A stretch of DNA of 64,000 bases from Candidatus Latescibacterota bacterium (GCA_965248265.1 CBDFJF010000001.1:1664001-1728000); one strand, 5' to 3'. Positions 18,419 through 28,270 are shown, numbered from the stretch's first letter. Made by a program: numbers and translations. The notes: generated from the sequence alone by a model not told the origin.

Positions 18419-19279
18419 CTACTCCCCGTTGGATTCGGTGCTTGCGCTCGCCAGCGCCTCGCGCTTGCCCTGCCGGGTGGGCAAGTACTCGATCCTGCGC
18501 AGAAAACGTTCTCCGATATCGAAATCCGGCTGTCCCGAGATGTAGCGCCACAAACGCACGCGGCGCATGCACTCGTAGCGGTTCTCGCTCCCCGCATCCC
18601 AGCCGTGACTCTTCGACAGGATCCCATCGATTTCCGGATCGTCCAGGTCGGAGGTATCGAAGTTGCGGATCTGAGGTTGAGTCGGGTTCAGGCGCAGCTT
18701 GTACATGTAGCGATCCTGATCGGTGTGGTTGCTGCGAGCGCCGTGCCACACGCGGGTGTTCCACACGTACATCGTCCCGGCCGTGCAGCTCGCCCAGATC
18801 TTGCCCCGCATGTGTTGGTAGAAGGCGATCTCGTGGGTGCGTACGTTGCGAAACTGCGTACCCGGCATCAGGAAAGTGCCGCCCATCTCGTCCGTCGTGT
18901 CAGCAGGAAACAGGGACAGCTGGATGTCGAAGTAATTCTCACGGAAGTCGATCACCGAATCCTGGTGGGTGTTCGGTCCTATCATCTGATGAGCACCCAT
19001 GAAATGCGTGGCATGGTGGTCGTAGAGCGGATCCGGGCCAACCAGGGAGTGGATGAGTCCGTTCACCTGTGGCAAACGGAAGGCATCCCCCAGCGCCGTG
19101 CCCTTCGGCCAGGTTTCCTCGAAGGGCGTGCCGACGGCGAAATATCCCTTGCCCCTCCCCGTCTTCATCTCCTCCAGACAGGCCGCGGACAAATCTTTCG
19201 GTACCATGTCGTCAAACTTCAGGTAACCCGACGACACGAATTCGGCCATCTGCTTCGAATTCAATAGATGCTCACTCAT
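18419..19279 (-). CDS. PhyH family Fe(II)/2OG dioxygenase
   Basis: FVSSGYLKF, THQDS (HxD), GGTFLMPGT, VWHGA and DRYMYKLRL. ATGA overlap with the upstream ORF. Confidence 0.85.
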   Translation of the reverse strand: MSEHLLNSKQMAEFVSSGYLKFDDMVPKDLSAACLEEMKTGRGKGYFAVGTPFEETWPKGTALGDAFRLPQVNGLIHSLVGPDPLYDHHATHFMGAHQMIGPNTHQDSVIDFRENYFDIQLSLFPADTTDEMGGTFLMPGTQFRNVRTHEIAFYQHMRGKIWASCTAGTMYVWNTRVWHGARSNHTDQDRYMYKLRLNPTQPQIRNFDTSDLDDPEIDGILSKSHGWDAGSENRYECMRRVRLWRYISGQPDFDIGERFLRRIEYLPTRQGKREALASASTESNGE

Positions 19280-19572
19280 GTCGTCACCTCTTCTTCTTCA
19301 ACCAGTTCATTGTATTTGGCCAGCACTGTCTGGTAGGGCAGCGGTCCGTCTTCGTAGGCATCGTCTGGCGTGCGCGGCGTCAATTCGGACATCTGGATGA
19401 CCTGCCAGCCGTCGCGCATTGCTTCCATGGCATTTCGGTAGGGTGGTTCTTCCTCGTCGACCAGATCGCGGATTCCGGTTCCTTTGGAGGCTTCGTACCT
19501 CGACCAGCCGATGGCCGCCGCGTCGAGCCCGGGGGTGGTCTGAAACAGCACCAGGATGTCTTGCACGGGCAT
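19276..19572 (-). CDS. Small hypothetical protein coupled to the PhyH gene
   Basis: About 98 aa (MPVQDILVLFQ...GWSRYE...PPYRNAMEAMRDGWQVIQ...) with host-like codon usage and a 4-nt overlap with the PhyH start. The start is uncertain (19572 or 19608). Confidence 0.7.
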   Translation of the reverse strand: MPVQDILVLFQTTPGLDAAAIGWSRYEASKGTGIRDLVDEEEPPYRNAMEAMRDGWQVIQMSELTPRTPDDAYEDGPLPYQTVLAKYNELVEEEEVTT

Positions 19573-19983
19573 GGTATGACCTTGAAGGATGAGGGTTTGG
19601 TGATTCATTGCTTGCTGAGTGGGAGTGTGGAAAGTATTCAACCGCCCGCAACCGGGCAATCGGCCTCTTGTGCGATCAGAGCAGCGCCGACTGACCGCGC
19701 ACCGTTGCGCACGGCCGTTTGAAATGAGTGATCGCCTCCACGGCAATCAGCGGCAAATTGTGTTCTGGCAGAATACAGCTATGTTATGTGCGCTATATTT
19801 CCCGCAATAGTTGTGGGAATTTCAACGTTGGCAGTGGAGTCTGATCCAAGTAAGTCTCAAGTAGCATTCTACCCCGTAGATACCTACCTCGTAGCAGGTT
19901 CCTGCAACAGCCTGTCGAATTGATTCATACCTGATGGTGGCCCCCCCTCCAGCGCAATCGCACCAAACAAAAGGAAAATCACC

Positions 19984-20199
19984 ATGGCAGAACGAGAGAC
20001 CGGCACCGTCAAGTGGTTCAATGACGCCAAGGGCTTTGGCTTCATCGAACGGGCAAACGGCGCGGACGTTTTCGTCCACCACAGTGCCATTTCAGGGGAG
20101 GGATTCAAATCGCTCACTGAAGGACAGACGGTTGATTTCGAAGTCGTCCAGGGCGAGAAAGGCCCTGCGGCTGAAGGCGTTGCACCTGTTTCTCAGTAA
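19984..20199 (+). CDS. cspA: Cold-shock protein (CspA family)
   Basis: [15 protein letters not shown] (RNP1) and DVFVHHSAI (RNP2), with an AAGGA RBS. Confidence 0.95.
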   Translation: MAERETGTVKWFNDAKGFGFIERANGADVFVHHSAISGEGFKSLTEGQTVDFEVVQGEKGPAAEGVAPVSQ

Positions 20200-20216
20200 A
20201 TAACAGCAGGACACCG

Positions 20217-20257
20217 GGGGGCGATGCGGCACGAACGGCCAGCATCGCCCCTTTTTT
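20217..20257 (+). terminator. Rho-independent terminator of the cold-shock gene
   Basis: GGGGCGATGC...GCATCGCCCC stem followed by TTTTTT. Confidence 0.8.
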
Positions 20258-20258
20258 G

Positions 20259-20580
20259 TCATGACCACAATGCGCGCAGGCGGGGCAACAGGATTTCCGT
20301 CTCCTTGTCGTGCAACTCCCCTTCCCACCGGTCGTTCACTTCTCGCGTGCTGCGGTCGTAGGATGCCTGCATGACTTGTGGCAGGTCCAGTTGGTGGAAC
20401 CGCGCCACCAGATAGCCATCATCCCTCAACTGGATTTCGCGAAACCCCATGGGGTAGCCAATCAGGCAGGCTGTATCAACGATCAGGAAGTCGCGGAACA
20501 AGCGGATGCGATTCACGTGCCGGTGACCGGTGAAGATGGCGACGATAGCCGGCTCCTGAGTGACGGTTTCTATCAGCCGA
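20259..20580 (-). pseudogene. 3' remnant of a calcineurin-like metallophosphoesterase
   Basis: The frame upstream of GTG 20516 reads DRLIETVTQEPAIVAIFTGHRHVNRIRLFRDFLIVDTACLIGYPMGFREI, i.e. motif V (GHxH). Motifs I-IV are absent because the neighbouring gene ends at 20605. Confidence 0.6.
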
Positions 20581-20604
20581 TCCGACCTTGTTGGAGGCCC
20601 GGAC

Positions 20605-21261
20605 TTACTCGTCGCCTTCTGCCCGTTCGGCTAACAGTCTCTCCAACCGGGCCCGCGCCCTATCCGACGATTTCCCCTCGGGATGCTTCTTCAGGAACTC
20701 CTCGAATTCCTCGATGCTGCCACCATGAAAGAATAGGGCCAGGTCGAAAGGAGCCAGCGCGGCCATCGCCCTATCGGCGTACTTGCCAGTGGGAAACTGC
20801 TCGAGAAAACCCCTGTACGAATCCCCCGTGTTCATCTTCTCAGCCTGCACATAGTGCATCAACTCCAGCTTGTTCTGAGCCTCTTCGGCATGCGGCCCGT
20901 CTGGAAACCGCTTCAAGAAGTCCGTGACGGCCGCGATCGTGTTCTGCTTCTGTGCCCGCTTGAAGTTGTTGGTCTCCATCCGCGAGCGAGCTTCCGAGAT
21001 ATGCTCCGATTCCGGGAATTCCGCGATGAACCCGAGATAGGCCTCGTCGGTGTTTTTGCGTTTGGCTTCGATCCACTCCGAGTCCTTCGACCCACACGAC
21101 ATCATCAACACTGCCGTCATGCACACGACAGCCACAGTCGCACTGGCTCGCCAGGATTTAGGGATCGTCGTCCGCGCCCAAGCACCGGCGTCGGCACTGG
21201 CTATGGTATCAAGATTGGTCGCTGACAAGGTGGTCTCCTCTTGGGGTTCGATGTTGGTCAA
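20605..21261 (-). CDS. Putative lipoprotein with four ~37-aa helical (TPR-like) repeats
   Basis: A hydrophobic stretch ends in LMMSC (lipobox-like). It is followed by four repeats of the pattern A..NT...Y..FL..FP.G.HA..A...L. Confidence 0.7.
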   Translation of the reverse strand: MTNIEPQEETTLSATNLDTIASADAGAWARTTIPKSWRASATVAVVCMTAVLMMSCGSKDSEWIEAKRKNTDEAYLGFIAEFPESEHISEARSRMETNNFKRAQKQNTIAAVTDFLKRFPDGPHAEEAQNKLELMHYVQAEKMNTGDSYRGFLEQFPTGKYADRAMAALAPFDLALFFHGGSIEEFEEFLKKHPEGKSSDRARARLERLLAERAEGDE

Positions 21262-22127
21262 ACAGCCTGCGCGATCTGCACCGGCTGCCCGTCCGGGCCT
21301 CGCACGGTGAAGAGCCGTCTGCGAAGGTCAGTTAGGGGTTGTGTCTCGCTGGGCTTGCCATCGGTCTCGACCCGGTCCTTAATCGCCTGATAGTCGCCAT
21401 CCACGTCGTCGGACCAGAGCCCGAGTACGCGCACCGGGCCCGGACCTACCTCGTCCCAGGCCTGGCTCGTGGCCAGCTCGATGTCTGTGCCACCGATGGC
21501 GAAGGCGGCCTGCTCAAAGCCTGGTTCGACTGGCTTGCCCTCTTCCCGCTTGTTGTTGTAAAAGAATTCCTCCAACCCCAACGTCCGGGTGTAGAAGCTA
21601 CGCGTGGTTTTGAAGTTTGTACAATAAGTAGAGATGTGATCGATGCCGCCGAACAGTGCAGCGTCATCGTTCTCCATGCTGGCCATCGCCGCCTTGGCCG
21701 CCTTGCGTGCATCGTGGTGCGGCCGTGGATCGATGGTTTCGGATATCTGCAGGGTAAAGCCATTCGGGTCTGGCATGGTGAGCAGGGTCCGCTGCATGTT
21801 GCGGTGACCTATCTCGGTTGAATGCGGCGGAGCTCTGAACGGCACATCCCGGTCCTTCAATACGGCGTAGGTGGAGGTGATATCGTCGACGAACAGCGCC
21901 ATGTGATTGATCTCCGCCCGCGGTTCAGCTTCGTCATCACCCCTGCACGCACCCGGGTCCAACCGCATCTCCAGAACCGAAGGACCAATGCCAAAGCAAT
22001 ATCCCTCAACCCCGTCTCCATCAGGTCCGTGTCCGAGCTCGCGCAGACCAAGCCGGTCACCGTAGAACGATCGGTTGGCTTCCAGATCTCGCACTGCGAA
22101 GACAACATGCCCCAGTTGAGTGAGCAT
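21258..22127 (-). CDS. Tandem VOC/glyoxalase family protein
   Basis: LGHVVFAVRDL..FY...LGL, INHMALFVDDI and DPNGFTLQI. The second module has IDHIS..FYTRTLGL and GPDGQPVQI. Confidence 0.85.
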   Translation of the reverse strand: MLTQLGHVVFAVRDLEANRSFYGDRLGLRELGHGPDGDGVEGYCFGIGPSVLEMRLDPGACRGDDEAEPRAEINHMALFVDDITSTYAVLKDRDVPFRAPPHSTEIGHRNMQRTLLTMPDPNGFTLQISETIDPRPHHDARKAAKAAMASMENDDAALFGGIDHISTYCTNFKTTRSFYTRTLGLEEFFYNNKREEGKPVEPGFEQAAFAIGGTDIELATSQAWDEVGPGPVRVLGLWSDDVDGDYQAIKDRVETDGKPSETQPLTDLRRRLFTVRGPDGQPVQIAQAV

Positions 22128-22129
22128 TG

Positions 22130-23620
22130 CTATGACCTCCGTGGCTGGATGATCTGCGTACTGATCCGCGCCTCAGCCTCCTCGTCGAGGGGATACATTG
22201 GCCGTGTGATGGCCTTGTAGGGCAGCGACTTCAGGTTGGCACTCGTCGAACCCGGGCAATCGACGGCAACGATGCGCTCGCAGATCGCCTCGTAATGCGT
22301 GCGGAATCCGTTCGGGCTCTTGCATACGACCAGATCAAAATCGATCGGGTTCAATCCGCGCTCCTCGAACACTCGCCGCCCCATGATCGACACCGGGAAT
22401 TCCGTAACCATGATCGAGTTCGTTCCCGCTATCAGGACAGCCGTCTTGCCTGCCCGCGCCCGTGCTCCCGTCTCCTCGGTGAAATGCCCGTCGTGCAGGC
22501 TCTGCACGTAAACTTCACAGTCCACTGGTGAGTGCCGCTCTCGATCCACCGTGCCGCCTAGGGCAACGGTGAAGCGGCTCCCCACACCGTGGCGAAAGGC
22601 TTCTTCCACCGCAGGTGCGTCCACTAATGGTAACAAAGCCTGCTTCGGGAAACCGACTGCCAACAAACCTTTCAAGATCCAGTTGCTGTCCCCGGAGGCT
22701 CCGCTCGAAGTCGCGTCCGCGGCATCGGAGAACACGGTCATGCCTTCGGTCTCGCGGGCAATGGCAATCGCTTCTTCGACGCTGGTCAGCGGGGCTTGCA
22801 TCCGTGCCCGGTGCTCCCACATGAACTGTGCCAATTCCTCCGCCAATTCACACGCCCTTTCATCATCCCCGTCGCTGGTCACAATCACATTGCTCCGCAG
22901 CTGGGGCACATCGGTGAAGGGATTGCCGATATTGACGAGCGCCGACAGTCCATCGGGGGATGCCTCGAACTCCTTGCAGCGAGCCAGCGCTTTGCCGAAC
23001 AGACCGGTGGCCGTGATCAACTCGTCACCACGCACCAGCATCGGCAGCTTCACCTGCGCTACCACCGGATGAACCCCTCCTTTGAGCAGACGAACCAGGT
23101 TTCGGGCTGCCCGCTGCCCGGTCTCACGCATATCCACGTGCGGGTAGGTGTGCAGAGCGACCATGATATCAGAATTGGCTACCAGCCGGTCCGTCAGGAT
23201 CCCGTGCAGATCAAAGGAAGTGACGATCGGTTTTTCTCCAACCATGTCGCGAACCTGCTCGATGATCCGCCCTTCCGGATCGGGCTCCTCGACGCCAGCC
23301 ATGGCGCCGTGAAAGGCGATGTAGACTCCATCGACCTCTCGGTGAGCGGCCTCCACCGCTGCCAGCAACTCGTCCGTCATTCCGTCCAGGTCCGCTGCCG
23401 GCACCGGACCACCCGACGTAACCGAGCCGGCACCGTAGGTCGGCACCACCTCGATACCCTCCTCGGCGAAGACATCCAAACCGCCGGCCACGTAGGTGTT
23501 GGTATCTGCGAAGTGCTCGATGAGCGCCTCACCTTCAAGGATGGTGAAACCGTCGCGTTTCGTCAGCTGTGGATTGAAGTGCGAGGTCTCCTGCTCGAAC
23601 TCTACCAGCAGGACCTTCAT
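22130..23620 (-). CDS. M81 family metallopeptidase (MlrC-like)
   Basis: QETSHFNP, AFHGAM, DPEG, DLHG, TYPHVD, DATSSGASGDS and VCKS. Confidence 0.9.
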   Translation of the reverse strand: MKVLLVEFEQETSHFNPQLTKRDGFTILEGEALIEHFADTNTYVAGGLDVFAEEGIEVVPTYGAGSVTSGGPVPAADLDGMTDELLAAVEAAHREVDGVYIAFHGAMAGVEEPDPEGRIIEQVRDMVGEKPIVTSFDLHGILTDRLVANSDIMVALHTYPHVDMRETGQRAARNLVRLLKGGVHPVVAQVKLPMLVRGDELITATGLFGKALARCKEFEASPDGLSALVNIGNPFTDVPQLRSNVIVTSDGDDERACELAEELAQFMWEHRARMQAPLTSVEEAIAIARETEGMTVFSDAADATSSGASGDSNWILKGLLAVGFPKQALLPLVDAPAVEEAFRHGVGSRFTVALGGTVDRERHSPVDCEVYVQSLHDGHFTEETGARARAGKTAVLIAGTNSIMVTEFPVSIMGRRVFEERGLNPIDFDLVVCKSPNGFRTHYEAICERIVAVDCPGSTSANLKSLPYKAITRPMYPLDEEAEARISTQIIQPRRS

Positions 23621-24270
23621 TTACCGGAAATCTTGTCGAGCATCGAGGGAATCAACGGAAAGACCCAGCCGCGGTTGGTGATAATGTCCCTGGACAGGCT
23701 CGGCGGAATTGCCACGACGATCTCCGGCTCCAGTGAAAACCGGCCGGTGAAACCGCCGATCGCCGTCCGTGCATGCACACCCGCATAACCGCTTTCATCC
23801 TCCCCGCCGTCGCTGGCGTAATGACCGATGGCACCGCCGTACACATCCTGCCAGACCTTCGAATACCCGTTGGTGACGGCAGGTCCAGAGTTGAACTTGA
23901 CATCCGTCGATACCACCATCCCGAGCGCCTTCACCGTGTAGAGGACATCATTCAAATCTCCCTCCCCCCCGCAGGACAGCGTCCAGTGCAGGGTGCGCAG
24001 GTGGTGCTCCGCGCATTCGGCGGCCGCCGCCTGTCCGTGGGCGACCGTTTCCGGCACGTCCGACATTTGCATCTCGCCCTTGCCGACACCGGAAAGGTAT
24101 ACGAGTCCACTCTCGTGGACGATGGCTCCACAGATGTTGCGGCCCTTTAGGGAGACGACGTTTTCCTCGCGGGTGCCCAGATCGATTCCGAGTTCTTTTA
24201 TGCGATCGTAGACATCGAAGTCGCGTCTCAACTCCGCCGGTATGACGGATTCATCGTAGTGCTTGCCCAT
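23617..24270 (-). CDS. Rid/YjgF (L-PSP) family-like protein with N- and C-terminal extensions
   Basis: GLVYLSG, VKALGMV, PAVTNGYS, GVHARTAIG and LEPEIVV. ATGA overlap with the M81 gene. Confidence 0.7.
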   Translation of the reverse strand: MGKHYDESVIPAELRRDFDVYDRIKELGIDLGTREENVVSLKGRNICGAIVHESGLVYLSGVGKGEMQMSDVPETVAHGQAAAAECAEHHLRTLHWTLSCGGEGDLNDVLYTVKALGMVVSTDVKFNSGPAVTNGYSKVWQDVYGGAIGHYASDGGEDESGYAGVHARTAIGGFTGRFSLEPEIVVAIPPSLSRDIITNRGWVFPLIPSMLDKISGK

Positions 24271-24420
24271 CGTTTCTACGCCTCCTGGATTCGGTTCATT
24301 AGCACCCGAATACTACGGAAACCGGAGCCCGTGATCCAATGACGGCGTTGCCCCCAGAATCCCCTGACTTAGCTTTTACCCCTTGAGATAGGAATACACC
24401 GGAGTGCATGGGAGGACGAC

Positions 24421-25296
24421 ATGTTTCAGGAAGTGAAGGTAGCTGCCATCTCCTTCAAACCGAAGAAGATGGACATGAAATCGAATGCCGACCGGCTGGA
24501 GGCCATGTTCCGCGAGGCGGCAGCAGGTGGAGCTCAATTAGCCGTCGGCCCGGAGGGGGTTCTGGAAGGCTACGTCGTCAACGAAATCGTCGACGGCCAC
24601 TTGCCGGCACAGCGCATGAACGAGGTGGCTCTGACGATGAAGAGCGCCATGATACAGCGCTTTCGAGAGCTGGCGAGAGAGCTGGACATGTGTCTCGTCT
24701 TCGGATTGGCTGAGCGTATCGGCCGCAACATCTACAACTGTGCCGTGTTCCTGGATCAACGCGGGCGCTTGTGCGGCAAGTACCACAAGATGCAGTTGGC
24801 CGAAGGGAATCATCGATCCTGGTGGTGGAACCGACTGGGCAGGAAGAGCCGTGCCTTCAACACCCCGTTCGGTCGCGCCGGCATGCTGATCTGTAACGAT
24901 CGGTGGAACGCCGACATCGCCCGCATCCCCATCCTCGACGGGGCCCGCTACCTGCTCATTCCGTCTTTCGGCAGCTGCTCACGGGATCAGGACGAAGCGG
25001 TTCTGGCCAGGGCTCGCGAAAACGGCGTGCCCATTATCGAGGCCAACGTCGGCGTCACCCTCATCATCAGCCAGGGAGAAATCGTCGCCCTGTCGCGCAA
25101 ACAGACGGCGATCACGCACGCGACCATTGCCGTGCCCGCCGCGGCCTCCACCCGCAACCGGGATGACCATGAGAAGGGTTTTTTCGCCTGGCGCAAGAAG
25201 GAGATGGCCCTCAGGTACGCCAACCGGATGAAGAAACTGCGAGCCCCGGGTGAACAGGCCAGTCATCGACACGATCCATCCGGACGACCGGTGTGA
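24421..25296 (+). CDS. Carbon-nitrogen hydrolase (nitrilase superfamily)
   Basis: Catalytic triad contexts GPEG (Glu), KYHKMQL (Lys) and LICND (Cys). GGAGG RBS. Confidence 0.88.
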   Translation: MFQEVKVAAISFKPKKMDMKSNADRLEAMFREAAAGGAQLAVGPEGVLEGYVVNEIVDGHLPAQRMNEVALTMKSAMIQRFRELARELDMCLVFGLAERIGRNIYNCAVFLDQRGRLCGKYHKMQLAEGNHRSWWWNRLGRKSRAFNTPFGRAGMLICNDRWNADIARIPILDGARYLLIPSFGSCSRDQDEAVLARARENGVPIIEANVGVTLIISQGEIVALSRKQTAITHATIAVPAAASTRNRDDHEKGFFAWRKKEMALRYANRMKKLRAPGEQASHRHDPSGRPV

Positions 25297-25302
25297 TGAC
25301 TC

Positions 25303-25836
25303 TCAACCGGCGATAGAGGTCTCCGCCTCGTAGGTGATCTCGATCGTCGTCACTTCGCTCGACTCGGTGTCGTAGACGAAGAAGGTCTGGGCCCTGCCCA
25401 TGGCTGACAGCGTGCCGGGATTGGCCAGCAGAACTTCGCGGTCGCCGGCCTGAAGTCGCTCTTGATTGAGGGTGTGGTCGTGACCGTAAAACACGGCATC
25501 ATAGGCACCTGAGCTGGCGAGCCCGCGCGCCAGAGCGGGGTAGTGTTGCACGGCAATGCTCCGTCCCCCCAGTTCCAGCTCCGCCTTTTCGGCGCCGTGC
25601 TGGTGCAGGTTATCGCGGCCGAATCGGGTAGCCATCAGGAACGGATCGCCGTCGACGTTGCCGACTACCGTGTGGATCTCGCCACTGTAGTTCTGCAACA
25701 GATGCCCGAGCGTCAATGGCGCGCACATGTCACCGCAGTGGATGAGCGTTTTGATCTGCTTGTCCATCAGGTAGGCGCAGACCCGGTCGAGGGTCGGCCA
25801 ATTGTCATGGGTGTCGGAAATGATTCCAATCTGCAT
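25303..25836 (-). CDS. YfcE/MJ0936-family metallophosphoesterase
   Basis: ISDTHDN, HCGD, VGNVD, YGHDH and NPG. Confidence 0.9.
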   Translation of the reverse strand: MQIGIISDTHDNWPTLDRVCAYLMDKQIKTLIHCGDMCAPLTLGHLLQNYSGEIHTVVGNVDGDPFLMATRFGRDNLHQHGAEKAELELGGRSIAVQHYPALARGLASSGAYDAVFYGHDHTLNQERLQAGDREVLLANPGTLSAMGRAQTFFVYDTESSEVTTIEITYEAETSIAG

Positions 25837-25884
25837 CCTGCCGCCTCCATCTACTATCGTGACTTGCCGCCTTCATGCATCGTA

Positions 25885-26295
25885 TCAGCGCGGATCCACG
25901 CGAAATCGCCCAATCGTGTCCTCGTTGAGTTCGAATCCCAGTCCGGGTCGCTCCGGAACCTCGATGGTACCGTCGGCGGCGACTTCGATCGCCGGATCCA
26001 GCAGCTCTGAGATGATCGGTGAATCGGGAAAGGCAATCGGCCGCCGCGCACCGAGCTAGGCTGCACCACATCGACCCGACCACGGGTCAACAAATCATGG
26101 AACTCGTGCCGGCCAGAAAACCCCCAGTCACCTACCGCGATACGGGTGTCACAGGCGGCGGCCAGCCTGGCGTAGCCCTCAACACTGTCGGCCGGCAGCG
26201 GTGCTTCCACGAAATAAGGACGGAACGGCTCAATCGCCAACCGCCTCTTCCGCCCCGCCGAACAGGCCTATGGTCTCTACCTTGGTGACTTTCAC
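25885..26295 (-). pseudogene. Mandelate racemase/muconate-lactonizing enzyme (enolase superfamily) pseudogene with large internal deletions
   Basis: Three pieces in different frames: the start VKVTKVETIGL (GTG 26295, GGGAG RBS), the middle YFVEAPL...YARLAA...IAVGD...GRVDVVQP..RGG, and the end DGTIEVPERPGLGFELNED. The total is 411 nt, against more than 1 kb for intact members. Confidence 0.85.
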
Positions 26296-26435
26296 TAATC
26301 TACTCTCCCGATTTTCGTATGAATAATCTAACTCCCAAATCGGGCTCGTGGTCAAGGGAGTCGAGCCTCGACATCCGGGCGGTTCCTCGGTTAGATTGGT
26401 CCATTCGACAGTGAACCCACCAAGAGGAGACCCCC

Positions 26436-27455
26436 GTGCCATACCATATGTACGTGTCGAATTCCGGCAGTGATTTCCTGTCTCATTTTGTCATGGACGA
26501 GCACTCCGGCGCCCTGGAACCGCAAGCTGACATCACCCTGGACGGATCACCCGGAGCGGTAGCTATCAATGCCGGCCAGACCATCATGTATGTCTGCCAG
26601 CGTTCGCCGATCAAGATCGTCAGTTATCGCGTTGACCGGACATCAGGAGCCCTGACTCAGATCGGAGTCACCAACCTCGACGAAGGCCCTCCCTACATTG
26701 CCATGGACAACACCGACCGCTTCCTGCTGTCCTCCTATTACGGGGGCGCCGGTGTCGCCGTGCACGGGGTCGAAGATGACGGAACATTGTCGTCCGAACC
26801 TCTGCAGTGGCTGGATACGGAGATCCACTCTCACAGCATTCAGACCGACCGCTCGAACCGTTTCGTCTTCGTCCCACACACCAATCCGACCAACGCCATC
26901 TATCAGTTTCGCTTCGATGAGAGCAGCGGACGCATCGAGCCGAATGATCCGCCGAAGGTCGAGCCGGACACCGAGGAGGGCCCGCGGCACTTCGCCTGGC
27001 ACCCAGGCAAGGACCTGCTGTACTCGGTGAACGAGAATGGCAACACCGTGTCGGCTTTCCGCTTCGACCCGGAGTCGGGCACCCTTCAGGCATTCCAGCT
27101 CATCGGCACCCTTCCCGAGGGCGTGGATCCGAAAGGGCCCGGACTGTCGACGGCGGAAATCAGGATAACCTCGAACGGCTGTCACCTCTACGCCTCAAAC
27201 CGCGGACACGAGTCGTTGGCGCTTTTTGATATCAACGATGACGGCACGCTGAGTGCGGTAGATTGCTATCCGACCGAGCCGACGCCCCGCTTCTTCGAGA
27301 TCGACCCGACTGAAGGCTACGTCTATTCCGCGGGGCAGAACACGGGACGGGTGGTGTCCTACCGCCGGGATGCTGACAGTGGCGTTCTGGAGATGCTGGA
27401 GCACTACCGGGTCGGCGAAGCCCCGCTATGGATCCAGTTCGTGAAACAGGATTGA
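26436..27455 (+). CDS. 6-phosphogluconolactonase-like 7-bladed beta-propeller (lactonase family)
   Basis: HSHSIQTD, GPRHFAWHP, YSVNE, LYASNRGHES and TPRFF. Confidence 0.88.
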   Translation: MPYHMYVSNSGSDFLSHFVMDEHSGALEPQADITLDGSPGAVAINAGQTIMYVCQRSPIKIVSYRVDRTSGALTQIGVTNLDEGPPYIAMDNTDRFLLSSYYGGAGVAVHGVEDDGTLSSEPLQWLDTEIHSHSIQTDRSNRFVFVPHTNPTNAIYQFRFDESSGRIEPNDPPKVEPDTEEGPRHFAWHPGKDLLYSVNENGNTVSAFRFDPESGTLQAFQLIGTLPEGVDPKGPGLSTAEIRITSNGCHLYASNRGHESLALFDINDDGTLSAVDCYPTEPTPRFFEIDPTEGYVYSAGQNTGRVVSYRRDADSGVLEMLEHYRVGEAPLWIQFVKQD

Positions 27456-27472
27456 GGCCGGACGGTGAGTCC

Positions 27473-28234
27473 TCAGCTGGCGCGGGCGATTGGCTTGGCC
27501 ATGGCCCGGATACGCGAGTCTTCGTGGTTGACAAAAGCCTCATGCGGTTCGAACACGGCAGCGCTGTAGCGTTCCAGCGAGGCGAGGTGATGCTCCGATG
27601 ACGGGCGGGCGGTGAATTTGAGCGCGATGTAACGCCTCCGCTCGCCACCCCCGAACTGGGAGTGCCACATCATGTGATTGAACAGGATGACGTCCCCCGG
27701 TTCGGATTCCAGGCAGACACAGGGAATATCCTGCGGGGCCAGGCCGAACGGCTTGGCATCGGGATCAAGCTCCTGAGGTCCCAACGCCTTGTGATACGGC
27801 ATCCTGTGCGATCCGGGAATCACCCGCAGGCAACCGCTGTCCCTGGTTACCGTCTGCAGATAGATCATCACCTTCATCTGGGCGAAATCGGCAAACCGCT
27901 CTTCGTCGGGGTTGTAGTACTTGCGATCCGGATGCCACTTGATTTGGCTTAAACCGCTGATGTTTCCCTCGGAACCCGCCCAGACGAAATCCGGCCCCAT
28001 CAGCTGTTCGACCGCCGGGTAGATGCGCTCGTCGATCACCAGCTGGCTCAACGCCGGATGGCGCTCGACGAAATGGTTCAACCGCTGCTCGCCGTCCTGC
28101 TGCGGTGGCGGATTGGCCTCCCACACCTCTTCCGCAGCGCTGATCAATGCAGCCATCTCACCGGCGTTGAATGCCTGCCGGAGAAACAGGAAGCCAAAGG
28201 TGTCGAAGTACGCCAGCTGTTCCACAGTCAGCAT
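27473..28234 (-). CDS. PhyH family Fe(II)/2OG dioxygenase
   Basis: FDTFGFLFLRQ, WHPD (HxD), GCLRVIPGSH, PGDVILFNHMMWHS and RRYI. Confidence 0.9.
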   Translation of the reverse strand: MLTVEQLAYFDTFGFLFLRQAFNAGEMAALISAAEEVWEANPPPQQDGEQRLNHFVERHPALSQLVIDERIYPAVEQLMGPDFVWAGSEGNISGLSQIKWHPDRKYYNPDEERFADFAQMKVMIYLQTVTRDSGCLRVIPGSHRMPYHKALGPQELDPDAKPFGLAPQDIPCVCLESEPGDVILFNHMMWHSQFGGGERRRYIALKFTARPSSEHHLASLERYSAAVFEPHEAFVNHEDSRIRAMAKPIARAS

Positions 28235-28270
28235 GTGAATGCCATTTTCATCTCGTTACTGTTTTCTCGG

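Noticed and set aside
22130-23620. Microcystin degradation (mlr) cluster
   Set aside because: Only an MlrC-family peptidase is present, with no mlrA/B/D, and the family is widespread.
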